DNA of 62,803 nt, counting the filler, from Octopus bimaculoides (Eukaryota): the NCBI RefSeq assembly GCF_001194135.2. It is 3 parts of 3 records of this genome, joined end to end, with 100 filler letters (N's around TTAATTAATTAA, not from the genome) between each part and the next. Parts side by side here need not be neighbours in the genome. Positions count along the whole stretch, not along the records: positions 1 to 30,112 come from NC_068984.1; 2 more parts are not named here. One strand, given 5' to 3'. Shown here one piece after another: positions 15,081 through 29,593 of the stretch (position 1 is its first letter; every line of letters starts with the position of its first letter). The notes beneath the pieces were generated by a model. That model ran no database searches. It was not told the DNA's origin and worked only from the letters and a program-made list of their open reading frames with translations. Both the position numbers and the translations under genes were made by a program.

Positions 15081-17205
15081 CGTTTGCGTTCATGTGCGTG
15101 TGTGTGTGTGGATGCCTGGTTGATGTCATAAGAATTTATAGACTTAGAAAGAACGTGAAATTATTCTTATATATACATCTACTACATATGTAGTAGAAAA
15201 TCGGTGTGTGTTTGTTTGTGGCGTTGTTAGCTAACTCCTCCAACATCTTTTATTGATTTTAATGAAACTTGACACGTGAGTAGAACTCATGTCTGGAAAC
15301 CTCGTGACATACTTAGATTGTTGAAAAAAAATCGATAATACGGCCAAGGGAAATAACCCATAGCATCTGCACAATATTTCTTTTAAACACTCAAGGGAAA
15401 TAACCCATTTCATTGTTTATGTTCGATTACTTTGAATATTGATTTTTTTTGTGTCCTATTTCTCATTTTTGCAAACAATATCACTTTTATACTTTATTTG
15501 ACACGTGAGCAGAACTCATGTTTGGAAGCCTCATGACATACTTAGATTGTTGAAAAAATCGATAATAGGGCGCTTCCAATAGATCCTTCTATCTACTACA
15601 TATTACTAATATTTTATTTTAACAACCCAAGGGAAATAACCCATGCTATCTGCAGATTTTAGCGTAGCGATCAATATTTGATTCTCACGATCAGCCGACC
15701 TAATTCTGCATTTCCCTACTCACAGTTTTGAACTGCTAAACATTATTATTGCACTTCCTTAATTTGAATCTCTTCATTCATACATTTATATACATACATA
15801 CTTTTTTGAATGCCCGTTACTCCGATAATTCTGCATTTTTACAGTTACACGTTTTCCTTGACAGTAGATAATTTTTTTATTCCACAATATATTTGTAGTG
15901 GCTTCATGCAAGCATAGCGTGGATTCGATCCTCGATTGCCAAATTTCGCTTAACACTTTAACCGCGCTTTTCTTACAGTAAAACAGTAGTTTTTCTCTGA
16001 TTGACAGCAGTTATACATTTACCAGATACCTTCGCTAAGCAGAATAATGTCTTTGCCTCTCGCCAACCTACGACAACCTCTCTCACCAACCTCCAACAAT
16101 CTCTCCCTCCTCCAGCTGACAGTTTTTTTTGCTTTTCTTTGGGTACTTTTCGTGACGGAAAATACACCTTTTATGGTAGTTATAACGAAATTGCTTTCTT
16201 ATATCAGAATAATAAGGCGTTTCAACAGAACATCTTTACCCCCAGGAATTACCGGGTACACCAGCTAGTATATATATATATATAGTCATATATAGTCTTT
16301 TGTTCTTTTCTTTTACTTGTTTCAGTCATTTGTCTGCGGCCATGTTGGAGCACACCCTTGTTTTTTTAAAGCCTAGTGCTTATTCTATCTATCTCTTTTG
16401 CTTAACCGTTAACGTTACGGGGGCGTAAACACACCAACATCGGTTGTCAAGTGTTGGTGAGTGGACAAACACATACACAAAGACACACACACATGGATAT
16501 ATACATATATATACGACGGCCGTTTTTCAGTTNNNNNNNNNNNNNNNNNNNNNNNNNNNNNNNNNNNNNNNNNNNNNNNNNNNNNNNNNNNNNNNNNNNN
16601 NNNNNNNNNNNNNNNNNNNNNNNNNNNNNNNNNNNNNNNNNNNNNNNNNNNNNNNNNNNNNNNNNNNNNNNNNNNNNNNNNNNNNNNNNNNNNNNNNNNN
16701 NNNNNNNNNNNNNNNNNNNNNNNNNNNNNNNNNNNNNNNNNNNNNNNNNNNNNNNNNNNNNNNNNNNNNNNNNNNNNNNNNNNNNNNNNNNNNNNNNNNN
16801 NNNNNNNNNNNNNNNNNNNNNNNNNNNNNNNNNNNNNNNNNNNNNNNNNNNNNNNNNNNNNNNNNNNNNNNNNNNNNNNNNNNNNNNNNNNNNNNNNNNN
16901 NNNNNNNNNNNNNNNNNNNNNNNNNNNNNNNNNNNNNNNNNNNNNNNNNNNNNNNNNNNNNNNNNNNNNNNNNNNNNNNNNNNNNNNNNNNNNNNNNNNN
17001 NNNNNNNNNNNNNNNNNNNNNNNNNNNNNNNNNNNNNNNNNNNNNNNNNNNNNNNNNNNNNNNNNNNNNNNNNNNNNNNNNNNNNNNNNNNNNNNNNNNN
17101 NNNNNNNNNNNNNNNNNNNNNNNNNNNNNNNNNNNNNNNNNNNNNNNNNNNNNNNNNNNNNNNNNNNNNNNNNNNNNNNNNNNNNNNNNNNNNNNNTATA
17201 TATAT

Positions 17206-17550
17206 ATGATGATGGCCGTCCACTCGTGACCGAGGAAGACCATTACCGACCTTCAGGAACATTCTGCGCTCTAGTACCAACTTACATTTAGCATTTGCGG
17301 CTCCATTGGTGGCTAATGAGCCCTGCACTTGATAAGCATACACGACTGCAAACATTGCAGATTAAGCTTTTCCCATTCACTATACGACCCGTGCACTTTC
17401 GCGCAGCTCGCTTAAATTCTTCATGCTGGATACGTGCTCTCTCAAAAGTGTTGATCCCCTCCTTAACCTGTTTCCTCCATCTGTGGCGATGACAGGCATT
17501 GTTCTCCCTGTCAGTGTCCTGCATATCACAGGCCTTTAATGAGGACTTGT
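17206..17550 (-). mobile_element. RTE/BovB-like LINE 3' end
   Basis: SLKACDMQD..ACHRHRWRKQVKEG...CNVCSRVCLSSAGLISH (C-terminal C2H2-like motif); first ~104 nt recur at 18600-18703 next to a gap. Confidence 0.75.
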
Positions 17551-17962
17551 ATATATATATACATACATACATACATACATACATACAATATGAGTCAAAT
17601 AAAATGGAATTCTCGAATCTCTTTATTTAGAACTTCTACGGATATTTTGACCCATCATACTCCAAAAACTTGCAGGTGAGATGCTGTACAAATAGTTACG
17701 ATGCAGTGTAGCTGCAGATGTATCTCCTAAGGTGACTGCTGCATGATAGGTTGAAACGATCGTAGTTTCTATAAATAAGAGTCTCCTGAATTTCATTTTA
17801 TTTCTCTCATATTTTTAATAAAATCTACGGAGTTTGTAATCTTTCACGCAGTAAATCCAGTGGCATATACCTCCATACTTTTGTTGACATCAGGTAGCTG
17901 AATATTGCGAAAGGGCTTGAAACAATACACTACAGGCCGTATAACCCGAATATAAAATCATT

Positions 17963-18007
<45 letters not shown>

Positions 18008-18058
18008 CGTATGTCCTTATGTTCAGACTTAGAAAGACTATATATGACTATATATATA

Positions 18059-18090
<32 letters not shown>

Positions 18091-18108
18091 CATATACANN
18101 NNNNNNNN

Positions 18109-18334
18109 GAAGACCACCTATGGTCTGACCACTAAGAAAAAATTGTTCTCAAGAAAATCCAGCAAACGTCAGAACGTAAGCGAGGAAGACAAATGAAAAG
18201 ATACAAAATATAAAGTTTAATCACAAACCCGATTTCGTTGTTACCACTTACGTAATTACTTACGTACGTTCTGGCGTTTATTAAAATTCCTTGAAAACAA
18301 TCTTTTCTTAGTAGTCAGACCATAGGTGGTCTTC
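18109..18334. mobile_element. MITE-like element with ~30-bp terminal inverted repeats
   Basis: gaagaccacctatggtctgaccactaagaaaa pairs with ttttcttagtagtcagaccataggtggtcttc, with further imperfect subterminal pairing; left end abuts an N gap. Confidence 0.7.
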
Positions 18335-19555
18335 TAGCATAATGGATGTCCACTTAGTGGTCATCTATCTTATATGTATGTATGTATATATATAGTCACC
18401 ATGATAGATCGCTGACCACTACATTTATATTTTTTTCTCCTTGTTTTTCTCCTTATTTCTTTCTGTTGAAGAGCATAGCTCGAAACGTTAAAGACTTTCT
18501 GTATTCCCGAGCGTTAAACTAATACATCTATTTGTTGTTTACACCACCTGTCCTCGTCTGTTGTTGTTTTTTTCGTAAATTCTCCCATATATATATATAT
18601 ATGATGATGGCCGTCCACTCGTGACCGAGGAAGACCATTACCGACCTTCAGGAACATTCTGCGCTCTAGTACCAACTTACATTTAGCATTTGCGGCTCCA
18701 TTGNNNNNNNNNNNNNNNNNNNNNNNNNNNNNNNNNNNNNNNNNNNNNNNNNNNNNNNNNNNNNNNNNNNNNNNNNNNNNNNNNNNNNNNNNNNNNNNNN
18801 NNNNNNNNNNNNNNNNNNNNNNNNNNNNNNNNNNNNNNNNNNNNNNNNNNNNNNNNNNNNNNNNNNNNNNNNNNNNNNNNNNNNNNNNNNNNNNNNNNNN
18901 NNNNNNNNNNNNNNNNNNNNNNNNNNNNNNNNNNNNNNNNNNNNNNNNNNNNNNNNNNNNNNNNNNNNNNNNNNNNNNNNNNNNNNNNNNNNNNNNNNNN
19001 NNNNNNNNNNNNNNNNNNNNNNNNNNNNNNNNNNNNNNNNNNNNNNNNNNNNNNNNNNNNNNNNNNNNNNNNNNNNNNNNNNNNNNNNNNNNNNNNNNNN
19101 NNNNNNNNNNNNNNNNNNNNNNNNNNNNNNNNNNNNNNNNNNNNNNNNNNNNNNNNNNNNNNNNNNNNNNNNNNNNNNNNNNNNNNNNNNNNNNNNNNNN
19201 NNNNNNNNNNNNNNNNNNNNNNNNNNNNNNNNNNNNNNNNNNNNNNNNNNNNNNNNNNNNNNNNNNNNNNNNNNNNNNNNNNNNNNNNNNNNNNNNNNNN
19301 NNNNNNNNNNNNNNNNNNNNNNNNNNNNNNNNNNNNNNNNNNNNNNNNNNNNNNNNNNNNNNNNNNNNNNNNNNNNNNNNNNNNNNNNNNNNNNNNNNNN
19401 NNNNNNNNNNNNNNNNNNNNNNNNNNNNNNNNNNNNNNNNNNNNNNNNNNNNNNNNNNNNNNNNNNNNNNNNNNNNNNNNNNNNNNNNNNNNNNNNNNNN
19501 NNNNNNNNNNNNNNNNNNNNNNNNNNNNNNNNNNNNNNNNNNNNNNNNNNNNNNN

Positions 19556-19590
<35 letters not shown>

Positions 19591-19772
19591 CATACATATA
19601 TAAGAATAGTTTCACGTTCTTTCTAAGTCTATATATACATTAATCAATGACTTCGAAGTTTCGATATATATATATATAAAAGTGTGTGTGTGGGGTGTAC
19701 CTACATACATATATGTGCGTGCGCGCGTATATATATATATCTATATATAAATGCATACATACGTATATACAT

Positions 19773-19829
<57 letters not shown>

Positions 19830-20417
19830 GTATATGCTTATATATATTTACATATACATACACTCATACACACATATGTATGTATGTATCTATGATTGTA
19901 TGTGTGTATATATATATATGTATGTACGGGTGCCTTATAATGATGGGAGATAATTTTTAACGCAAGTCACAAAGGCTGGAAGAAACACGCTTAATGAAAG
20001 TTTATTACACATAACAATCCTCACACGTCCCACTCCGATGAGACACCTTGTACATATGCATAATGTGTACGTGTGTGTGTGTGTATGCTCACGCAGTAGC
20101 GTTACTACAATCATAAGATGTATTTCTTTCTGCACAGTCTAAGTTTCCAACACTTATGCAAGAAATTATAGAATTTGCTTTAGAAAACTTATTCTAATAG
20201 GATTAGCATAGAAGATCAGTTTAGTTTGATAAACGTGGGTTAGAAAGAGTAGCCTGATTTGAATTTATTGTTAAACTGAACATTAATGTTTTGGATTATG
20301 AGACTGACTCGCTGCCTACTGTGTAACTCTATGTTCAAACATCACTCATTGATTTCTAAATTTTATTATGCATGGAATTTTATTATACCCCATTCAAACA
20401 TTTATCACATGATATAC

Positions 20418-20459
<42 letters not shown>

Positions 20460-20629
20460 NNNNNNNNNNGTGTATATATATATACATACACATACACACC
20501 CACATATATATATGCATGTGAGTGTGTGTGAGAGAGAGAGAGAGACTCTCTCTATATATATTCGTGTAGGTTATTTCATGTATATATATCTATTTATATA
20601 TATATCTACACGTATGTGGTTGTGTGCTT

Positions 20630-20685
<56 letters not shown>

Positions 20686-21049
20686 GTGTGCGTGTGTGTG
20701 TGTGTATGTATGTGTTCGTGCGTGCCTGCATGTGTGTGTGTGTGTGTGTGTACACATATATCTATATAGTTATATATTCAAGAAACCTTCGCATGAGTTC
20801 CTGAAGATTTCGACGAAATGTGAAATCCCGTAACGCGAAATCAAATTTTCTATAAATTTTCATGTTATAAATTGAGATGCGTTCTGCCGAATGCTTTCTA
20901 TAACGAAAAAAGGAAAAGCAAATGAACAAGATCAGAAAATAAAAAAAACAAACAAGCAAGAAAACTAATTTTATGCATGAAAATAACGATTTCTAAACGT
21001 ACGCAGTACAATATGGATACATACAAAAAATTGAAGAGAAACACGTTAG

Positions 21050-22920
21050 GAAATAAGAATCGTAATAGGATATGTTCTTAGCAGAGAGAATATTGACTGC
21101 TGTGTGACGGTTACTGGGCAAATGAGGTACACGATCTTCTATCTTATAGTTGCTCATCATCAACATCTGCCTGAGTTGTTTGATGTTTGAGGAGCATCAT
21201 CTCTTTGTACAACTCATTGTAGGGATTGTAAACTCCTCTTGAAATTTTTGTGATACTTCCACGATTAGCGTTATTATCAGTAAAAACTTACAGACCCTTC
21301 TATTTAAATGCCAATTCTTTAGCAATATTTTTTGCTCTCCATTCAAAAGGAACTCGTGGAATTTCCGTATTCTCATCTACATTCTCAGGTTGTTCTTGAT
21401 CTAACAGCATCGTTAGGTAACTTTTTCTATGGGACTGAAGCAACTCAATCACATTATCTTCTATGACTTCTTCAAGCCTTACATCACCCGCAAGTATCAC
21501 AATATTTTTTGTAAATTTGATGTAGACTTTCTGTTCGTGAAAAAATTTGAAAAGTCACGGATACAATTCGGCCAAGTACTATTCAGAGTTGTAAGCTTCG
21601 CTTCATCCCATCATTCAACTATGTTATCCATATCATCCATTATTTTGAATTGCTTTCAGAAGTCTCTAATTGCAGGTTTTTCCTCCTGTCAATTGCTGTC
21701 ATAAGTTGCTTGAATGTTCTCTTCAGATGATTTACTTATCTCACCTTGATCCATTGGCTGGAGCAAAAAATAAACAAATAAATATTCTTGAGAATATATT
21801 TTACTCTGACTTTATCAGGAAGGTCATTTAAGTTCACTGAGTGAATCTGGCACATTGTCTAAAAGGAGCAATGCTTTTTTTGGAAATATTATACTTGGCA
21901 CTGTACCTTTCAACTGCAGAACGAAAAAATGATTGTAAACAACTCTTTCAAAAGACTCTTAATCATCCATGCCTTCTTATTTGAACGCAAAATCAAAGGT
22001 AGATGAATCTTTCGGATTAAACTTTGAGTAATCATTTCGGAGTGAAACATGGGTAGGAGCTTTAATTTCATATCATTTGCTGACATTTCCTCCCGAAGAA
22101 GAGTCAGACGATTTTTGGTGTTGATTTTTCTTCTCGAGAAATAAAAGTTCTAACAGTCATGCTCTTCCAAAAAAGTGCACTTTCATCAACATTGTACACT
22201 AGCTTTGGTGCGTAATCCCCTTTCTACAACTGCTCAGGATAATTAGTAATTCTGTATCAGCACCGGAAGCTTCACCAAACATTTTGTTATAGTGCGGATT
22301 CAAGCGAAACCTTTGGAACCAGCCTTTATTAGCGAGAAAAAGTTATTCAAAAACTGACGGCATATTTAGAATCAGCGACCAAAATTTATCCCAAAACAGG
22401 GCTAATCTGACATTAAATTCTGTATTTCCTAGCGTAGTCGATATGTTGTTGATCCATCATTTTTATTACTACAGTCTCTCCAGTTGTTTTACAATCATGT
22501 TAATGACATTATTGTCCTGAGTAGGCGACGCGTTTTAACATCGGACCTTACAACCAATCGGTAAAATAAAGGTTTCCAGTTTAAAACTGTCACTCGATAG
22601 AAACATTGTATCCTAAGCAAAAATAGCAGGTTGTTGTTTTTTTTTTATTGGTTATTGTTTTTATTTTTCGGTTCCATTAATATTTTGTCATTCCATCAGT
22701 TTCAATATGCTCATCTTTAATAACTCTGCAATTGAGTAGAGATAAATATTAGTGGAACATTCCCAAAATTTCTACCACAGAGCAAATGCAACAGACTTGA
22801 TGTTGTTTCGGACAGAAAACTTAAACCACGTTATTTTTGTGGATGTAAATATTTCATTGAAAACTAGCGAGAAAAAGAAAATTTATTAGCTTCTTCTATT
22901 TGATAGACCTGGAAGAAGAT
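21050..22920 (-). mobile_element. Decayed Tigger/pogo DNA transposon (DDE_1 transposase pseudogene)
   Basis: Minus-strand fragments KGWFQRF, YNVDESALFWK..RTFISREEK, LQPMDQG, EDNVIELLQSH with many stops and frameshifts; boundaries approximate. Confidence 0.8.
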
Positions 22921-24960
22921 GCAGGCCAGTGAGAATGATGACTTTAACATTCTGTTTAAGATGTTGCGAGTTGACGACTACTTGAATGACGTATGCAGGG
23001 TGGGAGTTACTGACGGTCGATGTTCAAGGCAGGAAGAACTGGTTGTAGCAGTTAATGTTGAGCTCTGGAAGTGGACGAAACATGGATGAAGAGGAGATGA
23101 AAGACGACTAAATCGAAAGTATCTGACTGGAAGGGGAACGAGAACAACCAATTTCGAAAGCAGTGACTTATGGCATATGTTGGGAAGCTAGAAAGGAGAG
23201 ACAGCAGTTTCGGATATCTGAGTGTGCAGCAGCACCGTCAAAGACGTAAGAGCACTATTCCATTGTGAGTGTCACCTGAATTTTGTAGCTAAATTATAAA
23301 CAGATCTTCAAACTTATAACAGAATACTTTTCCAAAAAATCTAGCCGCAAATCTTTATTTCGTGCTCATATATAAATTTTAATGGCTGAACTTTATTTCT
23401 TAGTATAAAAGAAAAAAAAAAATCATTCTTCTTTATATGAAGAATTTGTAGCGAAAATGTTTATCATATATTACCTATGTAGGCTTAAATAGCCAGAAAA
23501 GGACTCATACGCAAGTTTTCAACGATTGGTCACGTGACCCGGTCATATGATGGTGTAACACATTGACCAACTCCGTTGTTAAGATTGGATATGTTAGTTG
23601 TCCAATCGAATCACTCAACAGACCAACGAAGCGTGGCAAAATAATGTTTACTCTCTGGAGCTTTTAATCATCAGTAAATAGAAGGATTTTTCCTATTGTC
23701 ACCAGTGAGCTGGGAACACATGAGGAGAAAGGAGTAGTATTTGCAGGTAGCTTTGGCGCGCTATATGTGTTCCTGTTTACCATGCACCTGTAAGCAGAGA
23801 CAATATGAGAGGCTGCAAGAAGAGATCTCACGTATTTTTGTTCCTGTCTGCCCAGTACACATCACCAAGTTCCGAATGATTCGAGAAGTAAATATATATA
23901 TATTTCATTCTGACAATATCATCATGATGTAACCAACGATGGCTATACAAATTCTTTTAGCGGTTGAATAAAGCGTTGCAATTAATTGCAACACATTTTC
24001 TTGTATTTCTTTCCACTGTTTTATATACAACTCATTAGAACCAAGAACTTGTAACTATACTAGGACAAGAGACACACTAAAAATTCAAAGAAAAGACATT
24101 GACTCAAGCTTCAGGTTGAGTAAGTTTACTACAGGTTTCGCTACAGATTAGGTAAATCGACAAACGAATACAACAGATTGTATGGTTGTAAAACTACATT
24201 TGACAAATTATATCAAAATTATCAAATATTCAATATTTAGAAAAACTAAACATATCTTCCTTACAAATATATTATAAGCATGTGTATGAGCGCGCGCGTG
24301 CACTAATATATATATATATGCATACAGATATATAAATATATATCGTACATATGTCCACAGATATTGACACAGATAAACACATGTACATACACAGCATATA
24401 CATTATATATTATATACACACGCATACACTCATACATATACATAACCCAAGACATCCCCACATTAAAACTATTGATATTTGTTAATAAATATATCAAAAA
24501 TTATTATAAACAGGCAAGATGGGGACATTTTCTCATTGCCTTTTATATTGAATAGATGTTTATGCTGAGCACAACGCTATTAAACACACGCATCATGGGA
24601 TAAACTCAATAATACATTAAATATTCAGAAAATAGAAAGATAATTCACTCTACCCTTCTCTGTTATACATTATTACAGCATGAGAAATGTGTGTGTATTG
24701 GCCTCCAATGACTCTAATTTTTATTGCATTTTACTACTCATACTAATATTGGATATATGAACGTGTGTATTTGTGTGTAAAGGTATATGAATATGAGTAT
24801 GATTATGAACTTATGTGTATGTGTGTATTTGTAAATACACATATATGTACGTATCGTATAACGGTTCATATATTGTCTACATTAGTTTATTTACAGATGT
24901 TAGTAGGTACAACTTGCTCTACTCACATTTGTTTCTATAAATTTACGAATGTATGCGCCT

Positions 24961-25054
<94 letters not shown>

Positions 25055-25174
25055 ACCGAAAGGCAATATATAGGCATACATATTCATATCCATATACATG
25101 TTTCTCTCTTATTTCTCATAATATAGCTAATTCACTTGCGCACAAATGCGTACACACACACATACATACATACA

Positions 25175-25205
<31 letters not shown>

Positions 25206-25989
25206 GTATGTATGTATGTATTTATGTATGTCTGTTTGTATGTATGCATGTATGTATGTATATATGTATGCATACATATGCAAATGTACTTACCTATATA
25301 TGTAAGCACAAACATACACCCACACTCACACACAAATACAGAAACACACACACACACACAAACACATATATATCGCGTGCAATTGTGTGGGTTTTGATGT
25401 CTGATGTTACGATGGTATATGGCAAGGGCTAGGTGTGTGTATGTGTGTTTGTGTGTGTGTGTATGTGTGTATGTGTGCACTGCAATAGAGAACATTAACA
25501 TAGAGAGAATGCTGGCAGATAAATATAAAATTAATATCTGAAGTCATATTTTACACATCGCAGCGTTATATTCTGGTGACCTTTCAAATAGTTTGAGATG
25601 TAAACTAAGTCTTTAAGCTATATAAACAGAGATGGTTTTTAATAACCGAAACTCCGTTATTATTATGTCTTCTAGCTGATGATGTCAAGAACGTGTTTAT
25701 CCTCTCGCCTGTATAATATTCAGTTTTACACCTTAACGCACACGACGAGTGGTTTCTTGTTAGGGAGTATGTGTATATGTGTGTATGCATATGTATGTAT
25801 GTATGCATGTATGTATGTATGTATGTATGTATGCATGGATGTATGCACGTTTGCATGTATGTATTGTTTGTATACATACTCAAACCCACTTCGCTACTGT
25901 ATTATATATATATATGTGTGTGTGTGTGAGTGTGTGTGTGTGAGTGTGTGTGTGTGTGCGTGTATATACACACATATATACATACACAG

Positions 25990-26022
<33 letters not shown>

Positions 26023-26068
26023 AACACGGGCATACACAGACACGCCAAGACACATACACACACATATT

Positions 26069-26121
<53 letters not shown>

Positions 26122-26382
26122 NNNNNNNNNNNNNNNNNNNNNNNNNNNNNNNNNNNNNNNNNNNNNNNNNNNNNNNNNNNNNNNNNNNNNNNNNNNNNNN
26201 NNNNNNNNNNNNNNNNNNNNNNNNNNNNNNNNNNNNNNNNNNNNNNNNNNNNNNNNNNNNNNNNNNNNNNNNNNNNNNNNNNNNNNNNNNNNNNNNNNNN
26301 NNNNNNNNNNNNNNNNNNNNNNNNNNNNNNNNNNNNNNNNNNNNNNNNNNNNNNNNNNNNNNNNNNNNNNNNNNNNNNNNNN

Positions 26383-26457
<75 letters not shown>

Positions 26458-26977
26458 TACATACATACGTACGTACATACATGCATATCCATGTCTAAAA
26501 ACATACATAGATACTTAAACATACGCACACTCACATGCGCGCGCTAGAGCATCGATGGTTCCCTATCTTGAAGTAACGATGACATTTCTCAACGTATTAT
26601 TTTGAAATTTCGCAGCAAGATGTAGATGCAACCCAGAACGTTGTGCATAAATAAACTAAATTTTTAGTCCGTGTTCGTCTTGGGAGTAAAGCAAAATGAA
26701 TCATGAAAGGAGATGCAGAGATACTGTAAGTTGTAATGTGGGGATAATTTTGTAGAAGTGTTAGTGTTAGGTACAGAAACATCGGATTTTCTCATCAGCT
26801 CACCTTTCCTTTCTCCTTCAATCATTCTTTAAGCTTTTACTTGCATTTCTCACTAATCTATCATTATATCCCCAACACGCATGCAAATGCATACACACAT
26901 ACATACACACAAATACACACACGCTCACATATACACATGATGAGAAAAGCAGAAAACATTTTTGATATTTTTACCCT

Positions 26978-27040
<63 letters not shown>

Positions 27041-27041
<1 letters not shown>

Positions 27042-27470
27042 CCCAGAACCACGCTAATAGCTTAGGAGTGAAATTTAGGATTTCTCGGTTTTGTGTGAAT
27101 CGACGATTTTGATAAAGCTTTTCCCAGCTAGTTTGCACACTATAGCAATATCATTGTTATGTTTTCATTATTCTGTGTTACATCTTTTTTAAAATTTTTT
27201 TTCAGATTCTTCAGTTTTTGGATGAACCACGCTAATAGTGTCTCTCCTGTCTAAGAAAAATGGGACGTGGAAAAGGCTTTAACGATGAAGAAGAGTCTGT
27301 CATCATCAAGGAAAATGCTAAAAGCACCTCTCTTCATGTCATTGTGGAGATATTAGGTCGTCATGTGGACACGGTTAGACGATTCCTGAAGAATCCTTCG
27401 CCAAGGAAGAAACGATCCGATTGTGGGCCCGCCAAGATTGTGACAGCACAAACTAAATACAAGGACACAT
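27041..27470 (+). mobile_element. Tc1-family transposon 5' fragment
   Basis: MGRGKGFNDEEESVII...LGRHVDTVRRFLKNPSPRKKRSDCGPAK (paired-like HTH N-terminus), preceded by a terminal region with a repeated 15-mer. Confidence 0.7.
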
Positions 27471-29345
27471 ACGTCAAAATATATATACACGACAGGCTTC
27501 TTTCAGTTTTTGCCTAGCAAATCCACTTACAAGGCTTTGATTGGCCCGGACTATAATAGAAGACACTTGCCCAAGGTGCCACGCAGTGAGACTGAACCCG
27601 GGATCATGTGGTTGGGAAGCAAGCTTCTTACTAGACACCCATGCCTGCATGCATGCATTTTAAAACTATATCTTTCGGTTAGAATGGAAGGCAGTGCCCA
27701 TGACCTATTATGGAATCTTCCAAAACAGGTGAAACGAACAACAGTATTCTCAAACAGGAAACCTAACCCGAATTCTTGTAATAGCGTGGACTTCGCTAAG
27801 GTACCCAGATGCAGATGGTGGTGTGAAATCTACCACTCAAATAAACCATGGCGAGATTTGAACTCAGGATCGCAAAGAGCCAGAAAAATACCTGACAGTC
27901 CGACGTTCCCACAGTTCCGCCAATTTTTTTTTTACCGATTACAAAATGATGAAAGTCAAAATTGATGCCGGTGGGATTTGAACTCCGAGCGAAGAGAAAT
28001 GGAACAAATATCTCGCAGCGCGACATCCTAACGACTTTGTTAAATCGCTTGTCACCACGTTACTTGTACTGAAAAGCTCCTGAAAAGCTGAAAAGCTCCT
28101 GGCTTTGGGGAAAGAAAATACAGGAGGATCAGTTAATTATGATTTTATTCAACATATCCCCCTCTCACATTCACACATTTATGGCAGCAGTCCTTCAGTA
28201 TTTCTAAACCCTGTAAATGAACTCTGAACTTCAATCAGGTCTTTGGCGATACCCTTAAAGCCAGGAACTTCTCAGCACCCCTCGTATGCTTTTCACTAAT
28301 CCGTTTTTTAACAATTGATCCAGTGTTTTGTTGTGGGAGTGCAAAACAAACCAGACAAACATAAAAATACAGAAAAAATATTACAGTTATAATAATACAA
28401 TAAAACTGATAAAATACAAGAAAATACAGAAGATTAAAACAATAGAAAACGTGCTTGTATTCCTAAATAGATTTATGTACAAAGTGACTGAAGGAAGTTT
28501 CTCTAGGACGCCACACTTACGAAATATAATCAAGCTTGTCAACCACCGTCAATACTTAATGTAATGAGGGTAAGATCTAATTACTTATATTAAAGCAATA
28601 AAGAGAAGAGATCATTATCCTTCTCATTAATACTATTTTAATCTGATCTTTATAAACATGGGTCATATGTTTCCTTATTATCGTACTTCGTTAGCGAAGC
28701 ATACTCTTCTGTTATTTGTCATATTTTGGATAAGAACATCACTAGAAGGACTATCTATATAAAAAAATGACCATCAGGAACCTAATTATATAATAACTGA
28801 TTAATTATTAGTTATTAAGATATCATCTAATTAATTATTAATACTTATTCAGTGAGAAGAAAAATGTTTAGTTCAATGACAATCTGATATTGGCAAGTAT
28901 GAAAAGATAATTCCAAGTAAGTTTCTATTTTATTAGACCTCCTCGGTGAAGCATAGCCTTTCTTGTGCTTTCCTCATATCTGGTAAACGAGTCACTGCGA
29001 TAAAATATGTCCAGAGATATCGGCTGTAACTGCTAAGATCAGATTAAATTAATTTTAATCAGTGGTCTAATATTTTTTTCTTTTCACTGCACAAATATTA
29101 TTAATCATTTTTTTCCTTATTACATAAGTAGTGACCGATTCGAGTTTCCTTGACCTAATCTCTTAAGTAGACATAAAGTCACTGAAACGTTTATGTACAT
29201 GTGTATTTAAGTATACATTGATTATGACGAATTTATATTGTTGGCATTTATGTGCAGTTTAATAGCTGAACATTTAAAACATTATTTTAATGCATCTACA
29301 GTTCTATATCATCCAGTGTACGTATCTACAGTTCTATATTCTTAG

Positions 29346-29593
29346 CTAGTTTGCACCCACAAAAGACATCTTTTGTTGTAAGTCTATATTCCTTTTTAGT
29401 TTCCGCATACTGAAGTTATCTTCCAAGGCATCTGGATGTGGCTTAACTGGTCTACTTAACTTTTTGTCGACATGCACTTGTAAGAAAGAATTCTTCTTGT
29501 TCTTGGGTGGAAGCTTTAAGCCACCTGTGTTCGTATTAAGGATTAAATCTTCAAATTCAATCGATTGTCGTCTGCGATAATGAAATGGTGTAC
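29346..29593 (-). CDS. Candidate orphan terminal exon (GTPFHYRRRQSIEFED...QQKMSFVGAN*), unknown protein
   Basis: Strong acceptor ttttctttttttcttcag followed by 81 sense codons and TAG in AT-rich DNA; no homology recognised, no upstream exon identified. Confidence 0.3.

Noticed and set aside
18600-18703. Second RTE insertion identical to 17206-17309
   Set aside because: Exact duplicate ending at a gap edge; likely an assembly duplication.
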